Positions 9,842-19,440 of a DNA stretch of 64,000 nt are shown here, piece after piece. Both the position numbers and the translations under genes were made by a program. Source of the DNA: Solirubrobacteraceae bacterium (GTDB lineage Bacteria; Actinomycetota; Thermoleophilia; Solirubrobacterales; Solirubrobacteraceae); NCBI GenBank assembly GCA_036267075.1, contig DATAWT010000042.1, positions 4,529 through 68,528 of the forward strand, in the 5' to 3' direction. A model generated the notes under the pieces. It did not search any database and had not been told where the DNA came from. It was given only the letters and a program-made list of their open reading frames with translations. How positions within the stretch are numbered: position 1 is the first letter of the stretch; each line of letters opens with the position of its first letter.

Positions 9842-11110
9842 ATGGCCCGAGCGTTGCTCGCCAGGCTCGTTCCGCGTCGGCTGCTCCGCCTGCCGTCGCG
9901 GACGGTCCGCCTGCGGCTAACCCTGCTCTATAGCGGACTGTTTCTCGTCTCGGGGACTGTGCTCCTCGCGATCACCTACATCTTCGTCCGCAGTACGACC
10001 GGCCCCGACCTGATCGTCGCCGGGGCGAATCCGCACGGGACGACCGGGCCGCGCGCTCTCGAGAAAGCGCTCGCGAACCCGGCCGTCGCGCGCTATGTGC
10101 GCTACGTCGCCGGTCAGCAGTACACCAGGGTGGTCAGTCTGCACACCCACGATCTCCACCAGCTGCTCGTGTGGTCGGGGATCGCGCTGGCGATCGTGAC
10201 CCTGGTCTCGATCGCGCTCGGCTGGCTGGTCGCGGGCCGGGTCCTGCGCCCGCTGCGAACGATGACGGCGACGACCCGGCAGATCTCCGAGCGTAACCTG
10301 CACGAGCGTCTGGCGCTCGCAGGCCCCGACGACGAGCTGAAGGATCTCGGCGACACGATCGACGGCCTGCTCGCGCGCCTCCAAGCGCACGTCGCCGAAC
10401 AGCAGCGGTTCGCCGCCAACGCCTCGCATGAGCTGCGCACCCCGCTGTCGATCACGCAGACGCTCCTCGAGGTCGCCCGCAACGATCCGAACCGCGACAC
10501 CGGCGAACTCGTCGACCGCCTCCATGCCGTCAACGCCCGCGCGATCGATCTCACAGAGGCATTGCTCCTGCTGAGCCGCGCCGACCAACGATCCTTCACC
10601 CGAGACTCCATCGACCTGTCGCTGGTCGCAGAGGAAGCCGTCGAGACCCTCCTACCCCTCGCGGATCAACGCGGCACCACGATCGAGATCTCCGGCGACG
10701 TGACTCCCACCATCGGTTCACCCCCGCTCCTGCTGCAGATGGCCATCAACCTCGTCCACAACGCGATCGTCCACAACCTCCTCGGACACGGCACCGTGTG
10801 GGTGACGACCAGCCTTCAGCCGAGCAGCGCGGTGCTCACCGTCGAGAGCACCGGAGCGCACCTCACCCCCCAGCTGGTAGCCAGGCTTGACGAGCCGTTT
10901 CAGCGCGGCGCAGAACGCATTCGCACCGACGACCACGCGGGACTCGGGCTCGGGCTCGCCATCGTCAAGAGCATCGCCCAAGCGCACGAGGGAAGCCTCA
11001 CCATCATCCCGCGGGACGCCGGCGGCCTCCACGTCAGCGTGCGACTGCCGGTCGCTGCCGGTTCTGCCGCAACACCACGACAGCCACGGCGAGCGGGTTT
11101 CGGCCGCTAG
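9842..11110 (+). CDS. Sensor histidine kinase (TM-HAMP-HisKA-HATPase_c)
   Basis: Two TM segments, the H-box FAANASHELRTPLS, an N-box LVHNAIVHN and a G-box GLGLGLAIVKSI. Confidence 0.88.
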   Translation: MARALLARLVPRRLLRLPSRTVRLRLTLLYSGLFLVSGTVLLAITYIFVRSTTGPDLIVAGANPHGTTGPRALEKALANPAVARYVRYVAGQQYTRVVSLHTHDLHQLLVWSGIALAIVTLVSIALGWLVAGRVLRPLRTMTATTRQISERNLHERLALAGPDDELKDLGDTIDGLLARLQAHVAEQQRFAANASHELRTPLSITQTLLEVARNDPNRDTGELVDRLHAVNARAIDLTEALLLLSRADQRSFTRDSIDLSLVAEEAVETLLPLADQRGTTIEISGDVTPTIGSPPLLLQMAINLVHNAIVHNLLGHGTVWVTTSLQPSSAVLTVESTGAHLTPQLVARLDEPFQRGAERIRTDDHAGLGLGLAIVKSIAQAHEGSLTIIPRDAGGLHVSVRLPVAAGSAATPRQPRRAGFGR

Positions 11111-11132
11111 GCGAAACCGGTTTACTGCCAGC

Positions 11133-11819
11133 GTGGCGATTCTGCAGCGCAGCGACCTGATCGACGAGATGCTTGACGTCCGCGGCCGCGATGTCCTCGA
11201 CGTCGGGTGTGGCGAAGGCTGGCTGACGCGGTGGCTGCGCGATGGAGGCACCGGGCGCGTGATCGGCATCGATCCGCTCGCCGTGGCGATCGAGCGAGCC
11301 CGGGCACAGGACGAGAAGTTCGCCGACTGCTATCTCGAGGGGTCGGCCGGGGCGTTGCCATTCGATGACGGCAGCTTCGACATCGTCGTGTTCTTCAACA
11401 GCCTCCACCACGTGACCGGGGACGAGCTCGATGCCGCGCTGGACGAGGCCCTGCGCGTGCTGCGCGCGCAAGGGCTGATCTATGTGCAAGAGCCCGTGGC
11501 GAGAGGCGAATTCCACGAGCTGATGCTTCCGATCGAGGACGAAACCGGTAGCCGCGCCGCGGCGCAGGCTTTGCTCGATCGCGCGATCGCCGGCCGCCGA
11601 GTCGTTGAGCGATCACGCCGCGACGCTGTCGTCGGGATGACGTTCGCCGATTTCGAGGCATGGCACGAGCTGATGGTCAGCGTCGAGCCCGAGCGCGAAC
11701 GACTGATCGCCGCCCAACACGCGGAGCTCCACCACGAATTCGACCGGCTCGGCCATCCCGTCGAACACGGCCGCCAATTCGAGGTTCCCGTCCGCGTACG
11801 GATCCTCGCGCCGCGATGA
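11133..11819 (+). CDS. Class I SAM-dependent methyltransferase
   Basis: Motif I VLDVGCGEGW and a post-I acidic IGIDP. The in-frame GTG at 11133 follows the kinase stop. Upstream of 11133 the track ORF (10887..11819) runs through the 3' end of the kinase gene. Confidence 0.8.
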   Translation: MAILQRSDLIDEMLDVRGRDVLDVGCGEGWLTRWLRDGGTGRVIGIDPLAVAIERARAQDEKFADCYLEGSAGALPFDDGSFDIVVFFNSLHHVTGDELDAALDEALRVLRAQGLIYVQEPVARGEFHELMLPIEDETGSRAAAQALLDRAIAGRRVVERSRRDAVVGMTFADFEAWHELMVSVEPERERLIAAQHAELHHEFDRLGHPVEHGRQFEVPVRVRILAPR

Positions 11820-11901
11820 CTCGCCGCGGCGGAAGGAGGCCAACGTCGCCGCGCGCGACAGCAGATGTCGCGGCGGCTGGGTCGGCCGCTAGCCGGGCGG
11901 G

Positions 11902-12540
11902 TCAGCTCGGAGCAGGGTCCTCGAGCGGCGCTGTCCGTGGTGCGAACACGGTACGTGAGAGCTGCGGGTAGGTCCCGCGGTAGCCCCGCGCTCGAGCGAT
12001 TGGGGCAAGTGCACCGAAGAGCGCGCGCTGCACGGGCAGTGGCGGCGAGCGGAACACGATGACGTCACTGAACTCCTGCGCGAACACGGCGAGCTGTAGC
12101 GGGTTCGGCATCCCCTTGGCGTTGGTGTAGCCGAGCCTCGCAAGACCGAAAAGCGTCTCGAGCATGTGGGCGAAGCGCTCACCGGGGGTGACCTCGACAT
12201 GGACGCGCGCGTCGCGGTCGCCCGCGTTCCACCAGTCGTGCCACACGCCGGGTTCGACAACAGCGCTCTCGCCCTCCCGCAGAATGGTCGTCTCCCCGTC
12301 GCGTTTGACGGTCAACTCTCCCTCGAGCGCCGTGAAGCGCTCGACGATCGCGGGGTGGCGGTGCTCGCCGACCACGCGCGCGCCAACGAGGGCCGTCAGC
12401 TCCGCCGCAGCGCGGCCCTCGGCGTTTGTGTGTGGAAGCTCTTGGACGGTCGCGCGCTCGCGCGTAACGGGGTTCTCGAAGACCTCCCCGACGCGGATCG
12501 GCGTCAGGTCACGCGGACCGTTCGGATCGGGATGCGACAC
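11902..12540 (-). CDS. Cupin-domain protein
   Basis: 212-aa ORF with a cupin core (GEHRHPAIVERFTALEGELTV...PGVWHDWWN). Confidence 0.75.
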   Translation of the reverse strand: MSHPDPNGPRDLTPIRVGEVFENPVTRERATVQELPHTNAEGRAAAELTALVGARVVGEHRHPAIVERFTALEGELTVKRDGETTILREGESAVVEPGVWHDWWNAGDRDARVHVEVTPGERFAHMLETLFGLARLGYTNAKGMPNPLQLAVFAQEFSDVIVFRSPPLPVQRALFGALAPIARARGYRGTYPQLSRTVFAPRTAPLEDPAPS

Positions 12541-12605
12541 ACCGACAATCTAGGGCGCCGAGGCCGCCTCCGTCGCGAGGGTCGCACGCACCCCTTCACC
12601 CTAAG

Positions 12606-14994
12606 TCAGTGCTTCTCGTGCTTGCGCGCCTTGAACGTCACCTCCTGCGTCGAAACGGTTCGATTCTTCCCGGCGATGCGCCGGGTAACGGTGAGCTTGG
12701 TTGCGAGCCGATGCCGCGCCGCCAGGGCCTTGCGCCCGGTGCGGTTGAGACCGATCCGCACCGTCTGCTTGTGCCCGGCCTTGATCGTCGCCTTCGCCGT
12801 GCCCACGGTCACCGTCTTGTGCGTTATCTTGGCCTTGCGGGCGCTGATCGCGATGACCCGGTGATGCCGGAGTGTCTCGGTCACCGTCAGCTTGAGCGCC
12901 ACGGTGCAGTTCGTCTCGCCCTTGCAGGTGATCGGAATCGAGACCGTGGTGCCCGACACCCGAGCGCGACCAACCGACGGCTTGCCTGCAGCGACCGCCG
13001 GCGCGGCCGATGTCGTGGTCAGCGTCTGATCGGAACCGACCTCTGCGCCGAAGTCGCTCGTGGCCACCGCCCGGTAGTGGATGGTCGTCGCGGCCGGCAG
13101 GCCGCTCAACGTCGCGCTGAGCGCGTCGACGGCGTTGTCGGGTCCCGTGACCTGAGCCGGCGTCGACTGTCCGTAGGCGGTCGTGGTCCCGAACTGGAAC
13201 GTCACGCTCGTGCGCGCGCCCTCCGGGTACACGCTGCCGGAGACGGTCGCCGTGGTCTGGCCCACGCCACTTGACGCACCGGTCAGGGGCGCGTCGGGCT
13301 GGTACGCGTCGGCGAACAGGCCGACTGGGCTCGCGCCGTTGGTGAACAGGAAGAAGGGCGTTCCCATCGCACCGCCCTGGCACGTCGCGCCGTCCGCGTT
13401 GAACGGATTCGCTGTGCAGCCCGACGAGATCGGCTCACGAACATCGGCGGTGGTGGTCGGAGTCAGCGACGTGTTGCTGCCGTCCAGCACGAACGTCGGG
13501 CTGGCGGCGTTGACGAAATGGCCCACGAAGGCCGTTTCGACGCCCCCGCCGGTGTCCTCACGCCACGACACATATGGCGTGTTGCCGGAGAACGTGATGT
13601 CCGGTCGCGTGGAGTCGTTCGCTCCTGTCGAGATCGGCTGACCGTTGTTGACCAGTGCGAACCGCGCCGCGGCGCCAGTACCCGTTAGGCGGCTGACGAA
13701 TACCTGCTGGTGCCCACCGACGGTCTCGTCCCAGGCCACCCACGGCACCGTCGGGTCGGCGGAGTTCATCGTGCCCGCGGCGACGCGCGGGTCCTCGGCG
13801 TTGGCGGTCGGGCTGGCGTTCAGCGAGCAGGCTTCCTCGCTCGTGACATTCGCGGCGCAGGAGCCGAAGTTCTGCGGGGCGGTTCCACTGGTGTCGAGCT
13901 CGCCCTGAGCGTTGTTGCCCACCACCTGCCAGTGGAATCCGCCGTCCGCGGCCCCATCCTGGACGCCCTCGGCGGCGAACACCATCTCGTTGCCGCTCAG
14001 CGGACTGACGGTCGTGTGGGTGGCGCCCTCCTCGTACCAGACGACCCAGGGCACGTTGTCCCCGGCGCCGGCGAAGGCGATTTCGGGCTCCGCGGCGTTG
14101 CGCGTGGGATCCACGTTCAGGCTTGGATCGAGCGTGCCCGATCCGAAGCGGGCGATTCCCGTCTGCTGCCAGCAGAACCCGCCGTCCGGAGCGGTGGCGG
14201 TTCCACCCGGAGTGACCCCCGTGCAAGTCGTCGAGCCCGGGCCGATCGGCTTCACCACAAAGATCTGCGTCGGGTTCACGGCCGGTCTCCGTCGCCGTGG
14301 AGGTCTCCTGCCAGGTGATCCAGGGACCAGGATCGCCACCGGGCGTCGTGGTGCCGCCCGCCACCGACGGATGCTCGGCGTTCTGGTTGGTGTGGATGTT
14401 GAGCGAGGGGACCTGCACGTGGTTGCTGCCGCCGAGTCCCCGGTCCTGTCCGACAAACACCCACCTGTCATGGGTGGCGTCGAATTGACTGGCGAAGATG
14501 TTTTCGCTGTTGAACCCGGTCCCGGTCGTGTCCTCATACCAGGTGGCCCAAGGCACGGTCCGGCCCACGCCGGCGAAGTCGATCGCCGGCGCCTCGCCGT
14601 CCTCGCTCTGGTCGAAGTTCAGCGATCCGCTGAACGGAGGCGCCGCGCTCGAGCTCCCGCCGACCGTCCCGATCCCGCGCGTCGTCCAAGCTCCGTCCGC
14701 GAACGAGCGCGAGAAGATCTGATCCTTGGCACCCCCGGTCTCCTGCTGGCGGAACACGGCCCACGGTACGGCGACCTTCCCGGCGGTCAGTGCCCCGCCG
14801 ACGACGTCGGCGTTGGCCGGCTCCGCGGTGCTCACGCTGAGCGCCGGATTGATCCCGGCCGCCGGGTCGTTGTTCACCTGCCCGCCGCTCGGCAGCCCCT
14901 GCAGGCCAAACGCCGCGCCGGCGCTGGCCAGAACAACGGCGGTTCCCGCGACGGCGATGGACGATCGCCCCAGCCTGCGCCCGCGAATCCCCAT
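12606..14994 (-). pseudogene. Large secreted repeat protein (about 795 aa if repaired) interrupted by a frameshift near 14280
   Basis: The N-terminal part is in the frame of track ORF 13558..15384, from M131 (MGIRGRRLGRSSIAVAGTAVVLASAGAAF, a signal peptide) to ...PWITWQETSTATETG. The sequence continues seamlessly as VNPTQIFVVKPIGPGS... in the frame of ORF 12606..14537. Skipping base 14280 joins the two frames. Confidence 0.8.
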
Positions 14995-15308
14995 GTCTCT
15001 CAGCCCCTCCGTTGATGTGGTCGAGCAAGCGCTCGCGCCCCCTTTACGGATATGTCCAACATTGTGCCTCAGGGGGACCTGCGTGGCCGGCTGGCACGCG
15101 ATGCGACCGGCGGCGACGCAAGAGCTAACTCCCCAGACAGGCGCGGCACCGATCCGGTTCTGCCGGACATGCGCTTGGCAGCGGGCGGATGGCGGCGTAG
15201 GCCGTGCTGGTCGATGCGGTCGGCGGCCGTCCTGTGTCCGGACCTTGCAGGTCATACGTTTGCCTAAATGCCTCAGCGTGCCGCGGCGAGCGGGGCATAG
15301 TTGGGCAC

Positions 15309-15881
15309 GTGTCGCGCCTGCGATGGCTCCGATCGATCTCCCAGGTTGCCATCGCGTTTCCGGTTCTGGCCGTGTCGATCGCAACGGCCACGCCAGCGGA
15401 TGCGAGCTCTGTTCCGCATTGCACGTGGTATTCCGGTAGTGGGATTCCGGCGGGTAGCGGTATTCCGCCGTGGGGGTTTCATGCTCCGCAGGCGTTTGCG
15501 GGAGGGGCGAGCGGTTTCGCGTACGGGTGGGGGGACATCAATCTGGATACGAACTGGATCTCGGGCAACATTTGCCAGAGCGTTTCGCGTCCGGGCCGGC
15601 GTGCGACGAGGATCGTGTTGGGCGTCGGGCCGCAGATCACCTATCACTCGCATGTCGCGGTGATGTGGGGCTATCCGGGGAATCTGATCAAGACCTCGCT
15701 GCGCGTCCTCGCGAGCAGCGATCCGCGCTGCAGGGTCGGCACCACGGGCCGCGTGATCATGTATGCCAGCTACAACGGCGTCCGCAGCGACAGCATGCAG
15801 TTCTCCTTCGACCCCGGCTGCCAGGACCAGGATCACCTCTACCACGGCCCACAAGTAGCCGCACAAGTACCCCCGCTCTGA
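15309..15881 (+). CDS. Hypothetical secreted protein
   Basis: A GTG start gives VSRLRWLRSISQVAIAFPVLAVSIATATPADA, which looks like a signal peptide. GC3 is high. I recognise no family. Confidence 0.55.
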   Translation: MSRLRWLRSISQVAIAFPVLAVSIATATPADASSVPHCTWYSGSGIPAGSGIPPWGFHAPQAFAGGASGFAYGWGDINLDTNWISGNICQSVSRPGRRATRIVLGVGPQITYHSHVAVMWGYPGNLIKTSLRVLASSDPRCRVGTTGRVIMYASYNGVRSDSMQFSFDPGCQDQDHLYHGPQVAAQVPPL

Positions 15882-16000
15882 CGCGTGGCCGGGCACGCGG
15901 CGTCGCCACCGCGCTCCGGCGCCACCTAGACGGTCGCGCCCAGCGCGGATCATCAGGCTCGGATTCGGCGACGCGGTCCGGATAGTGTCCTCGGTAGCCC

Positions 16001-16888
16001 ATGAACGCGATCGAGGTCACCGATCTGCGCAAGTCCTACGGCGACCGCGAGGCGATTCGTGGTGTGAGCTTCACGGTGGCGGCCGGCGAGGTCTTTTGCC
16101 TGCTTGGGCCTAACGGAGCGGGGAAGACGACCACGACCGAGATCCTCGAGGGCTACCGCTCCCGCAACGCGGGCAGCGTCAGCGTCCTGGGTCTCCATCC
16201 CGCCGAGCGTCCTCGCGAGCTACGCGAGCATGTCGGGATCGTCCTGCAGTCATGCGGCCTGCAGGAGGACCTCACCGTCACGGAGCTGCTCATGATGTAC
16301 CGGCGCTACCACCTGCGCGAGCGCGACGTCGACGAACTCATCGAACTCGTCGAGCTCGGCGAGAAGAGCAGCGCGCGAGCCCGCGAACTGTCGGGCGGCC
16401 AGCGTCGTCGGCTCGATCTCGCACTGGCGCTTGTCGGCGACCCGGATCTGGTGTTCCTCGACGAACCAACGACCGGCTTCGATCCGGCCGCGCGACGACA
16501 GGCCTGGACAACGATTCGCTCGCTATGCCAGCTCGGAAAGACGGTGTTTCTCACGACCCACTTCATGGACGAGGCGCAGACGCTCGCCGACCGGGTGGCA
16601 GTGATGCGCGACGGAGCGATCGTCGCCGAAGGCAGGCCGGAGGAGATCGGCGGCCGTGACCTCAGGCCAACGGAAATCCGTTTCGTCCTGCCCCCGGAGC
16701 GGTCCGCTGCCGATCTTCCCGAGCTGCCGGGTGCAGAGGTGACAAGCGAGGGAGACCGTGTGCTCGTGCGAACGCGCGAGGCCGTTGCGGCAACGGCGCG
16801 GATCACAGCGTGGGCGCTTGAGCAGCGGGCGAGCTCGGCCGCTTCTCGGTTACGCAGCCGTCGCTTGAGGACATCTACCTCGCGCTGA
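16001..16888 (+). CDS. ABC transporter ATP-binding protein (DrrA/ABC-2 exporter type) with an apparent -1 frame break near 16827
   Basis: Walker A GPNGAGKTT, signature LSGGQRRRL and Walker B LVFLDEPT. The canonical C-terminus (ELGRFSVTQPSLEDIYLALTG...ADQ) is encoded in another frame over 16822-16932, and its stop overlaps the ATG of the permease gene. Confidence 0.85.
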   Translation: MNAIEVTDLRKSYGDREAIRGVSFTVAAGEVFCLLGPNGAGKTTTTEILEGYRSRNAGSVSVLGLHPAERPRELREHVGIVLQSCGLQEDLTVTELLMMYRRYHLRERDVDELIELVELGEKSSARARELSGGQRRRLDLALALVGDPDLVFLDEPTTGFDPAARRQAWTTIRSLCQLGKTVFLTTHFMDEAQTLADRVAVMRDGAIVAEGRPEEIGGRDLRPTEIRFVLPPERSAADLPELPGAEVTSEGDRVLVRTREAVAATARITAWALEQRASSAASRLRSRRLRTSTSR

Positions 16889-16928
16889 CCGGTTCTGGCG
16901 ACGAAGGCGACGAAGTGGCGGCGGACCA

Positions 16929-17735
16929 ATGAGCACTGGAACACACCCCGACACCTGGTCGCTGCGGCGTGATCTCAGGCTGGCCGGCTGGCAGATCCTC
17001 TACGAGCAGCGCGCATTCTGGCGCAACCGTGCACGGGCGTTCTTCTCCTTCCTCATGCCCGTCATGTTCCTCGTCATCTTCGCGACGATCTACCACGGCC
17101 AGACGATTCGTGGCCCGCACGGCGCGATCTCCTACGACGCCTTCTTTGTTCCCGGCATCCTCGCCTACGGCATCATCGCCACGACGTTCACCAATATGGC
17201 GATGAGCACCTCCATCCTGCGGGAACAGGGCGTACTCAAGCGGATGGCAGGCACACCGCTCCCGGGCTCGGCTTACGTCGCAGGGCGCATCGGCTCCACC
17301 CTCCTGATCACGACAGAGATGACCGTGGTGGTCCTCGTCATCGGACGCGTCGCCTACGGCGTCACGGTGCGCGGCGCGACCCTTCCCGGACTGCTTGCCG
17401 CGCTCGTCATCGGCAGCGCCAGCTTCACGGCGCGAGGTGTCGGCATCGTTCGCTACATCAAGAACGCGGAAGCGACGCCGGCGGTGATCAACTTCGCGAT
17501 CTTGCCGCTCACCTTCATCTCCGGCGTCTGGTTCCACTCGAACCTGTCGACGGGAATCACCGACATCGCCAAGGTCTTTCCGATACGACCGCTAGCTCAC
17601 GCGCTCCAGTATGCGTTCAACCCGTTTACCAGCGGCAGCGGCATCGAAGCCAACGATCTCGAGACACTCGCGATCTGGCTCGTCGTCGGAGTCTTCATGA
17701 TGGCCCGCTTCCTCCGTCGACCCGCAGGCGACTAG
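16929..17735 (+). CDS. ABC-2 type transporter permease
   Basis: 268-aa, six-TM-like hydrophobic protein directly following the DrrA-like ATPase. Confidence 0.82.
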   Translation: MSTGTHPDTWSLRRDLRLAGWQILYEQRAFWRNRARAFFSFLMPVMFLVIFATIYHGQTIRGPHGAISYDAFFVPGILAYGIIATTFTNMAMSTSILREQGVLKRMAGTPLPGSAYVAGRIGSTLLITTEMTVVVLVIGRVAYGVTVRGATLPGLLAALVIGSASFTARGVGIVRYIKNAEATPAVINFAILPLTFISGVWFHSNLSTGITDIAKVFPIRPLAHALQYAFNPFTSGSGIEANDLETLAIWLVVGVFMMARFLRRPAGD

Positions 17736-18601
17736 CTCGGCGGGGTGGGGTGAATGCTTTGTGAGGCCGCGGCCCGCGGCGCCAGGTCGGCGAGCGTGAT
17801 CGGGTGCCGAGGCGGATGATCGATAGCGACCGTCGATGACACCCGCAGGGTCTCGTCGACGTGCAGCATTTCGCCGGAAGCGAGCGGCCGCCAGCCGGAG
17901 TCCTCGTCCATCGGTTCGCTGGCGATTACAACGCCCGGCTTGGCGCCGAGGTCAGTGCTGTGCACGCGAACCGTGCCAGCGCTGCCGCTGTGCTCCAGCC
18001 CACCGCCTGGCTCCCGCTCGAGGACGTACAGCGCGTGGGTGTCGGGGTAGCGCAGAGCCCAAAGCTGGTTTCGGGTGGTGAGCACTACGTTCAGTGCGAA
18101 CAGCGGAAGCTCTTCGGCAACCCACCGAGCGGCGGCGGTCAAGCCTGCGGTCACGTCGCCGTCGTGCTGCTCGGTGTGCTTGGTCACGAGTGCGAAGAAG
18201 CGCTCGGAGTCGGTTTCACCGCTGACCAGGCTGCGGTAGCTTCCGAGCTCCGCCTCGAGCTTTGGCAGGCCCTCGATCACCCCGTTGTGAGCAAGCAGTC
18301 GACCCCGCTGTTCAAACGGGTGCGTGTTGGAGGGAGTTAGTCCGCCGGTCGACGCGAAGCGGATATGAGCGACGAATGTTTCCGATCGCACCTCCTTGGC
18401 TTCGCGCGCGAAGGCTCGATCCTCGAAGGCGGCGATCGGGCGCTTGTCGACCCTCGGCGTGCCGTTTGCGGCGAAGTACCCGAGTCCCGTGCCGTCAGGC
18501 TCGCGATGACTTTGAACCGCCAGGCTGTCGTCGGCCTGGAGCAGCCAGAACGTGGCCCGCACGCGATGCGGTGCACCGGACATACCAAATAGCCGGCACA
18601 T
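17732..18601 (-). CDS. Class II glutamine amidotransferase (stand-alone, YafJ-like)
   Basis: Begins MCRLFGMS with the catalytic Cys2, followed by ...AHIRFASTGG...NTHPF...LAHNG. Start at M147 of track ORF 17732..19039. There is no asparagine-synthetase domain. Confidence 0.82.
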   Translation of the reverse strand: MCRLFGMSGAPHRVRATFWLLQADDSLAVQSHREPDGTGLGYFAANGTPRVDKRPIAAFEDRAFAREAKEVRSETFVAHIRFASTGGLTPSNTHPFEQRGRLLAHNGVIEGLPKLEAELGSYRSLVSGETDSERFFALVTKHTEQHDGDVTAGLTAAARWVAEELPLFALNVVLTTRNQLWALRYPDTHALYVLEREPGGGLEHSGSAGTVRVHSTDLGAKPGVVIASEPMDEDSGWRPLASGEMLHVDETLRVSSTVAIDHPPRHPITLADLAPRAAASQSIHPTPPS

Positions 18602-18616
18602 CGCTGTCGAACCATA

Positions 18617-19180
18617 ATGCTCGGATCGGTGTCTCCCTCCGGCGAGGACGTCGCGTGCTCCGGCTTGCGCGTTCGTGAGTTGCTTCTGGCCGAGGTCGGT
18701 GTTCGGATCGACTACTTCCACGACGCCTCGGACGAGCACCTCCTCACGCTCGGCGTCGATCGTGCACTGCTGCCGTCGCGTCAGGCGTGGCGGGAGTTCT
18801 ACGAGACCGACTACCCGCGACCAATCCACGAGCGTGAGCACTACATCCTGGCCTGGGAGCTCGACGAGCGAGTGATCGGCTTCAGCTCTACCGACCAGAT
18901 CACCTACGGAGAGCAGGCCTTCATGCATCTGCACATCATCGATCCGCCGGATCGACGAGCCGGACTCGGAACCGAGCTGGTGAAGCTCTCCGCGGCCGCG
19001 TACTTTCGCGCGCTCGACCTGCAGCGCCTCTACTGCCAACCGAACGCGTTCAACGTTGCTCCCAACCGGACGCTGCAGCGTGCCGGGTTTCGCTACTTGT
19101 TCACCCGGCAGTTACAGCCCAGCCCGATCAATTTCCACCAGCCGGTCACTCGCTGGGTTCTCGACGAGCCACCGCGATAG
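18617..19180 (+). CDS. GNAT-family N-acetyltransferase
   Basis: Acetyl-CoA-binding-like core (IIDPPDRRAGLGTELV...NAFNVAPNRTLQRAGF). It is divergent from the GATase gene, with only about 15 nt between the two starts. Confidence 0.7.
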   Translation: MLGSVSPSGEDVACSGLRVRELLLAEVGVRIDYFHDASDEHLLTLGVDRALLPSRQAWREFYETDYPRPIHEREHYILAWELDERVIGFSSTDQITYGEQAFMHLHIIDPPDRRAGLGTELVKLSAAAYFRALDLQRLYCQPNAFNVAPNRTLQRAGFRYLFTRQLQPSPINFHQPVTRWVLDEPPR

Positions 19181-19256
19181 CCCGCCGCGTCTGCGTAGAC
19201 ATCGACGGCTCGGCCCGTCCGGCGATGCCGCCCCAGGACTCGTCGCTGCCGCGCGT

Positions 19257-19440
19257 CTAATCCGGCGCGGGCCGCAAGTCGTACCGCAGGGGCCCGTGTC
19301 GCGCGCCTCGGGCGGCGGAGGGTCGAGAGGGCCGCGGCCGTCGTGCTGATCCCGTCATCCGGCCCGGCGCGAACTCACGGCGGCTAGGCGTCAGCGCCAG
19401 GGCCGTTCCGCGACCTGGCGGATTCGACGACCGGCTTTGA
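19257..19440 (-). pseudogene. Decayed relic of a VOC/glyoxalase-family gene
   Basis: The minus-strand translation NPPGRGTALALTPSRREFAPGRMTGSA parallels SPPGGGAALALSPGRGEFTPGRMTGIA of the intact VOC gene at 24248..24631. The DNA is roughly three-quarters identical over about 65 nt (19353-19420 versus 24419-24485). The flanks lose frame and similarity. Confidence 0.4.

Noticed and set aside
15000-15308. A long 5' region between the large secreted repeat gene and the next gene, examined for a riboswitch or small RNA.
   Set aside because: I found no recognisable conserved motif or strong extended secondary structure. The ORFs here are short and Arg-rich.
17732-18601. The class II glutamine amidotransferase, considered as a candidate lasso cyclase (Asn-synthetase homolog) for the nearby PqqD cluster.
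   Set aside because: It is only 289 aa and consists of the amidotransferase domain alone. It lacks the ATP-pyrophosphatase/synthetase domain needed for macrolactam formation. It is also separated from the cluster by two unrelated genes and a pseudogene relic.
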